Below are positions 20,508 through 32,948 of a stretch of 64,000 nt of DNA, in pieces. Position numbers and translations under genes: made by a program. This DNA is from Clostridiales bacterium DTU086 (GTDB taxonomy: Bacteria > Bacillota > DTU086). The stretch is from positions 20,040 to 84,039 of the forward strand of contig LFTO01000038.1 in the NCBI GenBank assembly GCA_001513335.1, written 5' to 3'. Positions within the stretch are counted from its first letter, which is position 1. Every line of letters starts with the position of its first letter. The notes below the pieces were generated by a model that saw only the letters and a program-made list of their open reading frames with translations, was not told where the DNA came from and did not search any database.

Positions 20508-22985
20508 TTATTGTTTTTTATTTTGGGAAGCATTATTGTTTTTTACGATACAGTTGATTTTTTCCAGGTACATATCCGTTAAAGATTCAGCTATTTCCTG
20601 TGAATAACCCTCGCCATATATATTGTAAAGAGGTTCCTCCGCATCCGGCAGAACTAATGCTGACCCCTGGTCATGATACACTTTAATCCCATCCAGCAAC
20701 TCTACTTGATTATCCTGCCCTTCATCAATCAAAGTCCGCATTACCGTACCTTTTGTTGTCCACGGGCACTGGATCTCTTTTACACTGACATGAAACTTAG
20801 GAATTTTATCTATTAACTTTGATAGACAGACTGAATACCTTAACAGGCAGTCAATCAACTTTACAATGGTATATACTCTGTCAAATTCCAAAAAGAATTG
20901 CAGGCAGCTGGGGTTGTTTAACTTATTGTCCTCCTTCACCTTTGCTTCCAGTACAGACCTGGCTGCAGTTTTTGTTCGAATCACCTCACCCCCGAAAGTA
21001 TGAGCAATATCTTCCACTGCTTTTGGAACCGTGACTGGCGCCACATAACGCCCTGTTTTATTGTGCATAAAGTAAACCAGGGACAATAATACCGTTAAAA
21101 ATTCATTTTGTATCACTGTGCCCTTTACATCAACAACGGCTAGTTTTTCTCCGTGTCTGTCCAAGACGGCACCAAAAAGAGCATTGGTCTTGGCCACAGT
21201 TTCGGATACGGAACAAAAAATATTGTCAAGGTTTTCAGTACTTTCCTGGTACAATTCCTCCTTTACCTCGTGTACGGTAACTCCTAACTTTTCAAACAGT
21301 AGGTTTAAGGCAGCCTCAGCGGGATTACCACGGGTACAAAGAACAATTTCAGGGTTGTACTTCCAAAAATCTTCAACAATTCCCTGCTCCAAAAAACTTA
21401 AGTAAGCAGATACGAAGTCAGGAGTACTGAGGACATAATTGATATCCTGCCCGGAAGCTCTCCTAAAATCTTCCCGGTGGAAAAAGTTTTCTATTTTGCG
21501 TTCGGTATCTCGGCCAATATCTATACCCTTTTCATCAAAAAACTGTATCTTTAAGCGTTGGCCGTCCTCTGAAATAGTTTTAAAATACACTCCGCCGTCC
21601 GCTCCTAAAAAACCAACCCCAAACCGGTGTAGCGGAGTTGTTAAAGGCCCGGCCTCGTATACATTGACTCCCGTGGAAAGTAGGCCTGATACAAAAGCAT
21701 CTTTAATCATTTCCGCTCCAGGTTGTCCATCGGAACTAACCAAAACCCGTTGTGAGGGCGATAATGTTCCACCATAGGATCCTCCGAGCCTGGCAGCGCA
21801 CTCAGGTGTAAAATCCACATTTATCTTTCCAGGCACTCCTTCCTTCCCAAAAAGGATTTTTCCGCATTTACTGTTCCAAATAATGCTTGAATTTACCTGA
21901 GTATCTCTCTCCACAACTTTGTGAGGCCATATTTTGATTTCAGGCTTCACTACGGAGAAACTCCCCAATTTGCAGTAATCCCCTACTACCGCCCCTTCAA
22001 ATAGGGAAACATTGCTGCCCGTAGTCACATGCTGACACAATACAGCTCCCCTTAAAGCAGATTGTTTCCCCAGGAGACAACCTTCCCAGACAATGCTGCG
22101 TTTAATTGAGACTCCCTGTTCCACAATTGTATTTTGACCAATAACAGTGTATGGTTCAATTTTTACTCCGGGACCAATTCTGCAGCTATTGCCAATTACT
22201 GCAGGGCCAACAACTTCAGCGTCAGGATCAATGAATACGTCAGTCCCAACCCATACTCCTGGGGCAATCTCATTACCTGCGATTTCCTGATTGACTTTCC
22301 CTGACAGCATATCTATATGAGCCTGCCTGTACTGTTCAATATTGCCAATGTCACACCAATAACCTTCAGCAAGGCACCCATATAGAGGTTTTTGTTCTTC
22401 GAACAGTTTAGGAAAAAGGTTTTTGCTAAAATCGTACATGCCCTCGGAGGGGATTTCCTGAAGGACCTCCGGCTGCATAATATATATTCCGGTATTCACC
22501 TGATCGCTGAAGACTTCACCCCACCCGGGTTTTTCTAAAAACCTCCTTATACGACCGTCACTTTTTGTTATCACAACCCCATATTCCAGCGGAGCGTCTA
22601 CCCGGGTAAGTACCAAAGTTGCCAGAGATTCAGAGTCAAAATGAAAATCTACCGCTTTTGATAAATCAAAATCGGTAAGAGCATCACCGCTTATTACTAT
22701 GAATGTATCGTCCAGAAATTCTTCAGCATTTTTTACACTGCCTGCAGTTCCCAATGGAACCTCTTCTACAAAATAATGCAGGTTTACCCCCCACTGGCTG
22801 CCGCTGCCAAAGTAATCCTTAATATGACCGGGAAGATATTGAAGAGTAACGGCAATATCGGTTATGCCGTGATTTTTTAAGAGTTCAATTGCATACTCCA
22901 TTACCGGTTTGTTAATAAGAGGCGTCATAGGCTTTGGACGGCCACAGGTTAACGGCCTTAGTCTCGAACCTGAACCACCAGCCAT
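20508..22985 (-). CDS. Bifunctional NDP-hexose pyrophosphorylase (nucleotidyltransferase + LbH) / phosphohexomutase (PMM/PGM) fusion protein
   Basis: N-terminal '[19 protein letters not shown]' NTP-transferase, a central hexapeptide beta-helix, and a C-terminal alpha-D-phosphohexomutase with 'GGSYGG…'. ATG at 22985 with a GAAGGGAG RBS. Confidence 0.8.
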   Translation of the reverse strand: MAGGSGSRLRPLTCGRPKPMTPLINKPVMEYAIELLKNHGITDIAVTLQYLPGHIKDYFGSGSQWGVNLHYFVEEVPLGTAGSVKNAEEFLDDTFIVISGDALTDFDLSKAVDFHFDSESLATLVLTRVDAPLEYGVVITKSDGRIRRFLEKPGWGEVFSDQVNTGIYIMQPEVLQEIPSEGMYDFSKNLFPKLFEEQKPLYGCLAEGYWCDIGNIEQYRQAHIDMLSGKVNQEIAGNEIAPGVWVGTDVFIDPDAEVVGPAVIGNSCRIGPGVKIEPYTVIGQNTIVEQGVSIKRSIVWEGCLLGKQSALRGAVLCQHVTTGSNVSLFEGAVVGDYCKLGSFSVVKPEIKIWPHKVVERDTQVNSSIIWNSKCGKILFGKEGVPGKINVDFTPECAARLGGSYGGTLSPSQRVLVSSDGQPGAEMIKDAFVSGLLSTGVNVYEAGPLTTPLHRFGVGFLGADGGVYFKTISEDGQRLKIQFFDEKGIDIGRDTERKIENFFHREDFRRASGQDINYVLSTPDFVSAYLSFLEQGIVEDFWKYNPEIVLCTRGNPAEAALNLLFEKLGVTVHEVKEELYQESTENLDNIFCSVSETVAKTNALFGAVLDRHGEKLAVVDVKGTVIQNEFLTVLLSLVYFMHNKTGRYVAPVTVPKAVEDIAHTFGGEVIRTKTAARSVLEAKVKEDNKLNNPSCLQFFLEFDRVYTIVKLIDCLLRYSVCLSKLIDKIPKFHVSVKEIQCPWTTKGTVMRTLIDEGQDNQVELLDGIKVYHDQGSALVLPDAEEPLYNIYGEGYSQEIAESLTDMYLEKINCIVKNNNASQNKKQ

Positions 22986-23001
22986 AATTACTCCCTTCAA
23001 G

Positions 23002-24366
23002 TCAATTTCCTCCTTCCCTATGGTTGTTAGTTAAAATTCGGCTACCCACCAAATCGTATTCACCTAATCTTGAATCCACTTCCCCTATTTTTGTTTCTGC
23101 CATTCTCTCAGGGGCTTCATATCTTGAGGTAACAAAAGACATAGCATAATCCCACACCCTCGGTTTCTTTCTTTCACGGGACCAAGGGCTTTTTTTGTAT
23201 TCTCGAAGAACCCTTTCATATAGTGCAATTGTATTGTTAGCTATTGCCCGCCAGTCATAAACCTTTGTAACAAGCTTCTTTGCTTTATCTTTTATTTGTG
23301 CAGCATATACCTCATCTGTCAGCAGACGGATAATATTATTAGCTAAAGAGTTGGCATTGCCGGGATACGCTTTCATTCCGTTTTCCCCATGAGTTACTAT
23401 TTCAGACAACCCACCGGTGTCAGATACTACTACCGGTGTCCCTGCAGCCATTCCTTCCAGTGCCACAATACCAAAAGGTTCATAGAGGCTGGGAAACACA
23501 GCTACCGAAGATACTGCATAGAGTTTGTTTCGAGTTTCATCGTCAATATAACCAGTAAACAATATCTTATCTCCCAATCCCGTCGTTTGGGCTCTATGCT
23601 TCAGTTCCCCTTCCATGGGGCCTTTTCCCGCAATAACAAATTTAGCATCAGGGAATGCTCTGATAATTGCAGGAGCACTTTCAATTAAAACCTGAACCCC
23701 TTTTTCCTGTACTAAGCGTCCTACAAATAGCACTATCTTTTCGTAGTCAAAAGCAAATCTATTTTTAAATCCTGGCTCTATTTGGAGGTTTTCAAAAACC
23801 CTGGCATTTACACCATTGGGAACGATGTCTATTTTATCCCCGGGCGCATTAAAAAGACCTATAATTTCCGATTTCATATGTTTGCTGCAGACGATTATCC
23901 GCCATGCTTCGTAAGCCAACCACCATTCTACGCTGCCAATATATCTCTGGTGCTCATTGTGCAGCCCATTATTTCGCCCGGCTTCCGTTGCGTGTATTGT
24001 TGCAATCAGGGGAATATGGTAACCATGTTTGATCGCTGCCCCAGCAAAAGCTGTAAGCCAATCATGAGCATGTACAATATCAAAAGTTCCCTGGGTACGG
24101 AACAATCCTGCCACAACTTCCTGCATTTTTACGTTAAGCTGCAAAACCCAGGTCACAAAATCCGGTGTATTAACTGGATAAGGCTCAAACCTATGTAGAT
24201 GAACCCCTCCGACTATCTCATATTCAGGAGTATCCTCCGAACCAACGGTTACCACATGAATCTCGTTGTTTGTCTCTGCTAGAGCTGAGGAAAGATCTTC
24301 AACATGCCGGGCAAGTCCCCCCACACTTCTTGGTGGATACTCCCAAGTCAGCACAAGAACTTTCAC
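23002..24366 (-). CDS. GT4-family glycosyltransferase (alpha-glucan/glycogen-synthase-like)
   Basis: '[17 protein letters not shown]', 'HAHDW', '[10 protein letters not shown]' and the 'E…FG…EGMAAG' GT-B motifs. GTG start with a GAAAGGGG RBS. Confidence 0.75.
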   Translation of the reverse strand: MKVLVLTWEYPPRSVGGLARHVEDLSSALAETNNEIHVVTVGSEDTPEYEIVGGVHLHRFEPYPVNTPDFVTWVLQLNVKMQEVVAGLFRTQGTFDIVHAHDWLTAFAGAAIKHGYHIPLIATIHATEAGRNNGLHNEHQRYIGSVEWWLAYEAWRIIVCSKHMKSEIIGLFNAPGDKIDIVPNGVNARVFENLQIEPGFKNRFAFDYEKIVLFVGRLVQEKGVQVLIESAPAIIRAFPDAKFVIAGKGPMEGELKHRAQTTGLGDKILFTGYIDDETRNKLYAVSSVAVFPSLYEPFGIVALEGMAAGTPVVVSDTGGLSEIVTHGENGMKAYPGNANSLANNIIRLLTDEVYAAQIKDKAKKLVTKVYDWRAIANNTIALYERVLREYKKSPWSRERKKPRVWDYAMSFVTSRYEAPERMAETKIGEVDSRLGEYDLVGSRILTNNHREGGN

Positions 24367-24521
24367 TATTAAACTGCCCCTTTCTATTTATTTTTTTCTG
24401 CCAATTATCTCCTTAATCTATTGTTTCAAAATTGACTTTTTTTATCCCACGGAACCCCAAGAATAAATCTGTTGGAAAAAGAACATCCTAAAAAAGACTT
24501 TTAACGATGGAGGTTGCCAAG

Positions 24522-25517
24522 ATGCCTGAATTAAGACAAGATCCTCTTACCGATACATGGGTAATTATTGCCAGTGAGAGAAGCAAAAGACCCTCCGATT
24601 TTGCATCCAAAAAGGAAGGGAAAAAGGATTCGGGCAGCTGCCCATTCTGCCTGGGAAACGAACACATGACCCCACCGGAAATCCTTGCTTATAGAGAAAG
24701 GGGACAATCAAATACGGACGGTTGGTCTCTTCGCGTAATTCCTAATAAGTTCCCAGTTCTTCAAAATGAAGGACAGGCTGACAAAGATACAATAGGATTA
24801 TATGAAAAGATGCACGGCGTAGGTGCCCATGAAGTTATTGTTGAAACACCTGACCACAATAGGCCTTTGGGCGAAGAATCAGAAGAACATATTTTTGGAA
24901 TTCTGAAGGCCTGGCAATCTCGCTATCTTGACTTAAAAAAAGACCCGAGAATTCAATACACACAGCTTTTTAAAAATCATGGGGCTGTAGCTGGGGCTTC
25001 TTTGTCTCACCCACACAGCCAGCTTATTGCCACACCTTTAGTTCCCAAAAATGTGATCGAAGAATTAGAAGGCATAGAGCGTTTCTATAAAAAGGAAGGC
25101 AAATGTTATTTTTGTGAAAGTGTAGAGTTTGAAAAGAAAGACCGTGCCAGAATTGTTGCCGAAAACAATGCCTTTATTGCTTTTTGCCCCTATGCGGCCC
25201 GCTTCCCCTTTGAAACCTGGATTGTACCTCACAAACATAGTGAGTATTTTGAAGAATCTTCAGATGAAGAGTTAAGGTCTCTGGCTTCAATTCTTAAGCG
25301 CACAATCTCCAGCTTATCTCAAGCCCTGGAAGACCCGCCTTATAATCTAGTTGTTCACAGTGCCCCTTATCGCATGAATGAAGGCCAGCGTTACCACTGG
25401 CATATAGAAATTCTGCCGAGACTAACTATTGTTGCAGGATTTGAGTGGGGAACCGGTTTCTACATCAACCCTACTCCACCAGAATCAGCTGCAGGATATT
25501 TGCGCCAAACTCATTAA
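24522..25517 (+). CDS. GalT-family (HIT superfamily) nucleotidyltransferase: hexose-1-phosphate uridylyltransferase / ADP-glucose phosphorylase-like
   Basis: Zn site 'CPFCLGNEH' and the HxHxQ motif 'SHPHSQLIA'. GGAGG RBS before ATG 24522; an in-frame ATG at 24507 is also possible. Confidence 0.75.
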   Translation: MPELRQDPLTDTWVIIASERSKRPSDFASKKEGKKDSGSCPFCLGNEHMTPPEILAYRERGQSNTDGWSLRVIPNKFPVLQNEGQADKDTIGLYEKMHGVGAHEVIVETPDHNRPLGEESEEHIFGILKAWQSRYLDLKKDPRIQYTQLFKNHGAVAGASLSHPHSQLIATPLVPKNVIEELEGIERFYKKEGKCYFCESVEFEKKDRARIVAENNAFIAFCPYAARFPFETWIVPHKHSEYFEESSDEELRSLASILKRTISSLSQALEDPPYNLVVHSAPYRMNEGQRYHWHIEILPRLTIVAGFEWGTGFYINPTPPESAAGYLRQTH

Positions 25518-25541
25518 GAGACGGAAAGAAGGAGGTTAATC

Positions 25542-27026
25542 ATGCAGGAAAGGCTCAAGATATTACTGGTATCCTCGGAAGTAGATCCATTTGCAAAAAC
25601 CGGCGGTTTAGCCGATGTGGCTGGGTCCCTGCCTAAAGCCCTTGCCAGGCTGGGACACGATATCCGAATTATTATGCCCCGCTACAAACAAATAAAAAAC
25701 ACAGAATACCTGAATGATATGCCTGTGGAAATGGACGGCCACCTAGAAACAGCAATTGTAAGGCAAGCAATGCTCCCCGTTAAAGGAGGAGAGGCAGATT
25801 TAAGAATTCCCGTATACTTTATTGACAACTACAAGTTTTTCTACAGAGAGGGTCTATATGGGCATATTGATGACGGCGCACGTTTCAACTTCTTTACAAA
25901 GGCTGTTCTTTCTGCTCTGCCAAAACTGGATTTCAAGCCAGACGTTATTCACTGTAATGACTGGCAAACTGCAATGCTCCCACTATTCTTAAAAGTAAAA
26001 TATGAGGACGAGCCCTTCTATAAAAATACTGCCACCGTATTTACCATTCACAATTTGCAGTACCAGGGACGATTCCCAAAAGATGTTCTGATTACATTAA
26101 ACCTGCCCGAAAAAAAATTCTTTACTCCGGACCAGTTGGAGTACTGGGGACAGGTAAACTATATGAAGGCAGGGATTCTTTATTCCGATTTAATAAACAC
26201 AGTGAGCGATAAATATTCCCTGGAAATCCAAACCTCCGAATTTGGTGAAGGATTAGACGGCCTGCTGCGCAAACGGGCCCAAGACCTTTATGGGATACTG
26301 AACGGAATTGACTATAATAATTTTAATCCCGAAACAGATGAGAGGATTTATAAAAACTTTAGTCTTGCCACTATTGAAGACAAAAGGGAAAACAAATACG
26401 CTCTCCAGGAAGAACTTGGACTTCCTAAAAAAGATGTCCCTATGATCAGCCTGATTTCGCGCCTTGCTTCCCAAAAAGGTCTTGACCTTTTAGCCAATGT
26501 GATCAACGACCTTTTGGAAACAAATGTACAATTTGTACTCCTCGGAAGCGGTGAAGACAGGTACCAGCATTTCTTCAGCGAGTTAAAGATTCGCTACCGG
26601 GATAAAGCTGCCATCCACATTGGTTTTGATGCAGACCTTGCCCAGAGAATCTATGCTGCTTCGGACATATTTCTAATGCCCTCCAGGTTCGAGCCATGTG
26701 GCCTGGGACAGATGATAAGCATGAGATACGGGACTATACCGGTAGTACATGCTACCGGCGGATTGGAAGATACGGTTATCGACTATCACCAGGATAATGA
26801 ACGGGGAAATGGTTTTTCATTCACCCATTATTCAGCCGTTGAACTTTGGAAAACTATCCAGCGAGCTGTAGGACTATACACCGACTATCCGGATCAATGG
26901 CGGCAGCTTGTAACCAATGCCATGAGGTCTGACTTCTCCTGGAAAAATTCTGCTGAAAAATACGTCTCTTACTACCTTAGAGCCATAACGAAAAGGCGGG
27001 AAAACGCTCTGGAAAGAACCGGTTAA
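25542..27026 (+). CDS. glgA: Glycogen synthase (GT5, ADP-glucose-type)
   Basis: 'KILLVSSEVDPFAKTGGLADVAGSLPKAL' and the GT5 C-terminal motifs. GAAGGAGG RBS. Confidence 0.9.
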   Translation: MQERLKILLVSSEVDPFAKTGGLADVAGSLPKALARLGHDIRIIMPRYKQIKNTEYLNDMPVEMDGHLETAIVRQAMLPVKGGEADLRIPVYFIDNYKFFYREGLYGHIDDGARFNFFTKAVLSALPKLDFKPDVIHCNDWQTAMLPLFLKVKYEDEPFYKNTATVFTIHNLQYQGRFPKDVLITLNLPEKKFFTPDQLEYWGQVNYMKAGILYSDLINTVSDKYSLEIQTSEFGEGLDGLLRKRAQDLYGILNGIDYNNFNPETDERIYKNFSLATIEDKRENKYALQEELGLPKKDVPMISLISRLASQKGLDLLANVINDLLETNVQFVLLGSGEDRYQHFFSELKIRYRDKAAIHIGFDADLAQRIYAASDIFLMPSRFEPCGLGQMISMRYGTIPVVHATGGLEDTVIDYHQDNERGNGFSFTHYSAVELWKTIQRAVGLYTDYPDQWRQLVTNAMRSDFSWKNSAEKYVSYYLRAITKRRENALERTG

Positions 27027-27034
27027 AAAGAGGT

Positions 27035-27060
27035 ACTCCCCGGGTTAGTTCCCGGGGAGT
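27035..27060. terminator. Bidirectional terminator
   Basis: Perfect 10-bp stem ACTCCCCGGG-ttagtt-CCCGGGGAGT with a U-tract on the minus strand. Confidence 0.75.
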
Positions 27061-27064
27061 ATAT

Positions 27065-27445
27065 TTATACCCTTGTACCATCGTGGATCTCAAAACTCCA
27101 ATTGATCCCGTTATTGTTATCCCAGTTATTGGCACTATCCTTAAAGCAGATGTTTAACCTTGAAGAATCATTTACAGTAAATTTCTTTACCCAACCCCTT
27201 TCGGTCTTATCCATCTTAATACTCTGTACATTATTCCAGGCGTTGGACGAACCATATCCGCAGTGCAGATAAACCTGGTCTGCGCCGGAACTGGAAAGCA
27301 AACCGTTATAAAGAATGGTGATTTCCTCTCCTGCGGTAATTGGCACAGGGTCAACCACTACCCCTCCTGGATACATAGCATCTCTCATGTTTGCCAGTCT
27401 TTCTTCGCGCCCCCCAAACCGGGAATGTTTTGTGTGATGTGACAA
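27065..27445 (-). CDS. Standalone CBM25-like starch/glycogen-binding module protein (126 aa)
   Basis: 'YLHCGYGSSNAWNNV…GWVKKF…NICFKDSANNWDNNNGINWSFEI' resembles the CBM25/26 starch-binding fold. TTG start with a GGAGGGAG RBS. Confidence 0.5.
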   Translation of the reverse strand: MSHHTKHSRFGGREERLANMRDAMYPGGVVVDPVPITAGEEITILYNGLLSSSGADQVYLHCGYGSSNAWNNVQSIKMDKTERGWVKKFTVNDSSRLNICFKDSANNWDNNNGINWSFEIHDGTRV

Positions 27446-27556
27446 TTATCTCCCTCCAATACTTGATTATTTAACAATCATAGTATTGGTTTGAGTCAGA
27501 CAGGTTATGCAATGTAAAAATGGCTAAACTAATTAGAACTGTCTCAGTTTGAATTT

Positions 27557-29002
27557 TTATTCGGAAAGCTTCTTAAGAAGAATATCATTGACCAATTGGG
27601 GATTAGCCTTGCCTTTTGTCTCTTTCATCACCTGACCAACCAGGAACTTCAAGGCCTGTTTTTTACCACTGCGATAATCTTCAACAGATTTAGGATTGTT
27701 CTCCATTACACTGGCGATTATGCCTTCCAATTCACCGCTGTCACTTATCTGTATCAAGTTTTTCTTCTTGATAATAGCATCAGGGGTTTCTCCTGTATTA
27801 AACATCTCCTCAAAAACCTGCTTGGCAATTTTCCCGCTGATTGTTCCTTCCTTTACAAGTTCGAGAATTCTTATCAAGCCCCCCGGTGTTACAGGGGAAT
27901 CATTAAGCTCCATATTGTTTGCATTTAACAACCTCATCAATTCTCCCATTATCCAGTTGCTAACTTCTTTTGGGTTGCCGAATTTCTCGACACAGGCTTC
28001 AAAAAAATCAGCCAACTTCTTGGAACTGGTGACTACTCCGGCATCGTATTCGGGCAGTCCGTATTCCTCTACGAAACGCTTTTTCCTTTCCAGTGGTAAT
28101 TCAGGAATTGTCTGGCGAATACGCTCAACCCATTCAACGTCAATTACCAAAGGAACCAGGTCCGGCTCAGGCAGGTAACGGTAATCATGAGCATCTTCCT
28201 TGCTTCTCATAGTTTCAGTTATTCCCCTGGCTTCATTCCAGGACCGGGTCTCCTGAACAACCTGCCCCCCTTCCTCCAGGACCTCGATTTGCCTTTCAAT
28301 CTCATACTCAAGAGCACGTTGCAGAGCACGGAAGGAATTCATGTTTTTGACTTCTGTCTTTGTTCCTAATTTCTGACTGCCTTTGGGGCGAACGGACACA
28401 TTGGCATCACATCTTAAAGATCCTTCCTGCATCTTGCAGTCTGACACATCCGTGTATTCCAGAATAGCCTTCAGTTGGTCCAAATATGCCCTGGCTTCCT
28501 CAGGTGAACTCATATCAGGTTCAGATACAATCTCGATCAAAGGAACCCCTGTGCGGTTATAGTCAACAAGGGAATAATCTGCCCCGGTAATGCTGTCACC
28601 TGAATGGACCAGTTTTCCTGCATCCTCTTCCATATGCAACCTGGTTATCCCAATTCGTTTCTGTCTGCCGTCAACATCTATGTTTAAATATCCTTCCCTG
28701 GCTATAGGCAGATCGTACTGGGATATTTGAAAGTTCTTGGGGAGGTCGGGATAGTAGTAATTCTTCCGGTCAAATTTACTGAATTCGGCTATTTCACAAT
28801 TTAAGGCCAAACCTGCCTTAATAGCTAAATCAACAACTTTTTCATTCAATACCGGGAGAGTCCCTGGCAGCCCTAAACAGATTGGACATACATGGGTATT
28901 GGGTTTCCCTCCGAATTCAGTAGTGCAGAAACAAAATATTTTTGAATTGGTTTTTAACTCTGCATGAACCTCCAAACCAATTACGGCTTCATATTCGGTC
29001 AC
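27557..29002 (-). CDS. gatB: Asp-tRNA(Asn)/Glu-tRNA(Gln) amidotransferase subunit B
   Basis: '[15 protein letters not shown]' and the GatB/YqeY C-terminal domain. Confidence 0.95.
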   Translation of the reverse strand: MTEYEAVIGLEVHAELKTNSKIFCFCTTEFGGKPNTHVCPICLGLPGTLPVLNEKVVDLAIKAGLALNCEIAEFSKFDRKNYYYPDLPKNFQISQYDLPIAREGYLNIDVDGRQKRIGITRLHMEEDAGKLVHSGDSITGADYSLVDYNRTGVPLIEIVSEPDMSSPEEARAYLDQLKAILEYTDVSDCKMQEGSLRCDANVSVRPKGSQKLGTKTEVKNMNSFRALQRALEYEIERQIEVLEEGGQVVQETRSWNEARGITETMRSKEDAHDYRYLPEPDLVPLVIDVEWVERIRQTIPELPLERKKRFVEEYGLPEYDAGVVTSSKKLADFFEACVEKFGNPKEVSNWIMGELMRLLNANNMELNDSPVTPGGLIRILELVKEGTISGKIAKQVFEEMFNTGETPDAIIKKKNLIQISDSGELEGIIASVMENNPKSVEDYRSGKKQALKFLVGQVMKETKGKANPQLVNDILLKKLSE

Positions 29003-29004
29003 TT

Positions 29005-30474
29005 TTAGTTCACCTCCAGGTCGGGAAGTAAAACTTCCGTTCCCCTGCAGTTCTCATACGCATAAGCAATACGCAGGAGGGTTTCCTCTGCAAAGGGCTT
29101 GGCTATAATTTGTAAACCAACAGGCATTCCTTCAGCAAACCCACAGGGTACGGAGATGGCCGGTATCCCCGCCATGTTTGAAGGCACCGTAAATAAGTCA
29201 GATTTGTACATGGCAAGGGGATCCTCAACTTTATCCCCCGCCTTAAAAGCTATAGAAGGTGTAGTAGGTGTTATAAAGGCATCGAATTTTTCAAAGGCTT
29301 TGTCAAAATCCTGCTTGATTAAAGTTCTGACCTTCTGGGCTTTCAAATAGTAAGCATCGTAATACCCTGAACTGAGGGCATAGGTACCCAGCATTATCCT
29401 TCTTTTAACTTCAGGTCCTAAACCCTCACCTCGGGAATTCTTGTACATTGAAATTACATCTTCAGCATTTTCATCCCTGTACCCGTAGCTTACACCGTCA
29501 AATCTGGCAAGATTTGAACTGGCCTCTGCAGGTGCTATTACATAGTAAGCTGGAAGAGCATACTCAGTATGGGGAAGGGACATCTCCTCGCAAACAGCAC
29601 CCAAGTCTTCAAGGAGTTCAACAGCCTTCAGAACTTTTTCTGTTATTTCCTTACTGATGCCTATCTCAAAGTATTCTTTTGGAATTCCAATCCGCAGACC
29701 ATTTACTTCGCCCGTTAAAGCCTTTTCATAATCCGGAACCTCAATATCTACGGAAGTGCTGTCATAAGGATCAAAACCCGAAATAGCTTTGAGTACTATT
29801 GCACAATCCCTGACATTTTTTGTAATGGGCCCGATTTGGTCCAGGGAAGAAGCAAAAGCAATCAGCCCATACCTGGAAACCCTACCGTAGGTGGGCTTCA
29901 AGCCGACTACCCCGCAAAATGAGGCAGGCTGCCTGATAGACCCTCCCGTATCACTCCCCAGGGTATATATTGCTTCACCTGCAGCAACTGCAGCCGTGGG
30001 ACCGCCGCTGGATCCCCCGGGCACCCTCGATGTATCCCAGGGGTTTTTCGTTGTAAAAAACTTTGAGTTCTCTGTAGAAGATCCCATAGCAAACTCATCC
30101 ATATTCAACTTACCCAGCATAATGGCCCCGGCTTCCTGCAGTTTTTCCACCACAGTTGCACTGTAAGGAGATACCCAGTTTTCCAGCATTTTAGAGCAGC
30201 AGGTAGTCTTAACCCCAGCAGTGCACAGGTTGTCTTTCAACGCCATAGGCACTCCGGAAAGCAATCCAATCTTCTTTCCTTGAGCAATGGCCCTATCAAT
30301 CTCTTCAGCTTGAGCCAGTGCCGTATTTTCAGTTACGGTGATAAATGCTCGAATAGTAGGATCAATCCTATCAATATAATCTAGAAAAGCCTTTGTAAGC
30401 TCTACGGCACTTAACTCCTTATCAGTCAACAGCTTATGTATCTCAGTTATCGTTAAGTTTACAATGTTTTCCAA
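29005..30474 (-). CDS. gatA: Glu-tRNA(Gln) amidotransferase subunit A (amidase)
   Basis: Amidase signature '[14 protein letters not shown]', Ser-cisSer-Lys. Confidence 0.95.
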   Translation of the reverse strand: MENIVNLTITEIHKLLTDKELSAVELTKAFLDYIDRIDPTIRAFITVTENTALAQAEEIDRAIAQGKKIGLLSGVPMALKDNLCTAGVKTTCCSKMLENWVSPYSATVVEKLQEAGAIMLGKLNMDEFAMGSSTENSKFFTTKNPWDTSRVPGGSSGGPTAAVAAGEAIYTLGSDTGGSIRQPASFCGVVGLKPTYGRVSRYGLIAFASSLDQIGPITKNVRDCAIVLKAISGFDPYDSTSVDIEVPDYEKALTGEVNGLRIGIPKEYFEIGISKEITEKVLKAVELLEDLGAVCEEMSLPHTEYALPAYYVIAPAEASSNLARFDGVSYGYRDENAEDVISMYKNSRGEGLGPEVKRRIMLGTYALSSGYYDAYYLKAQKVRTLIKQDFDKAFEKFDAFITPTTPSIAFKAGDKVEDPLAMYKSDLFTVPSNMAGIPAISVPCGFAEGMPVGLQIIAKPFAEETLLRIAYAYENCRGTEVLLPDLEVN

Positions 30475-30491
30475 ACCCGCATACCTCCATG

Positions 30492-30776
30492 CTAGACAAT
30501 TTTCGGAACCTTGAACTGTCCCTCTTCTACATCCGGCGCACCACCAAGTGCATCTTCTCTCCCAATACCCTCTCTTACAATGTCACCTCGCATTACATTA
30601 CGTACGGGCAATATATGGGCTGTAGGTTCAACATTATCCGTATCAAGCTCTTTCAGCTTTTCTATGGATTTTAAGATGTCATCCAGCTGGCATGTATATG
30701 CTTTTAATTCGTTCTCCGGTATACTTAGCCTGGCCAGCTCGGCAACATGCTCCAGTTCCTTAAGAGAAATGGTCAC
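30492..30776 (-). CDS. gatC: Glu-tRNA(Gln) amidotransferase subunit C
   Basis: 94 aa, '[13 protein letters not shown]', placed before gatA. Confidence 0.9.
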   Translation of the reverse strand: MTISLKELEHVAELARLSIPENELKAYTCQLDDILKSIEKLKELDTDNVEPTAHILPVRNVMRGDIVREGIGREDALGGAPDVEEGQFKVPKIV

Positions 30777-30870
30777 AAAAAGTCCCCCCTTACTGCCAAA
30801 ATTAGAGATAATTAGGAAAAATCACTCTTGTATTATAACAAATTCGCCATTATTCCGGCAAACAATCCCA

Positions 30871-32919
<2,049 letters not shown>

Positions 32920-32948
32920 CTAATGTAGTCCGGATCCTATTCTATTAC

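Noticed and set aside
27446-27556. Intrinsic terminator between gatB and the CBM25-like gene
   Set aside because: Only a 6-bp stem with a ~40-nt loop and no U-tract. A weak sigma-G-like promoter match is more plausible, but it is speculative and not called as a feature.
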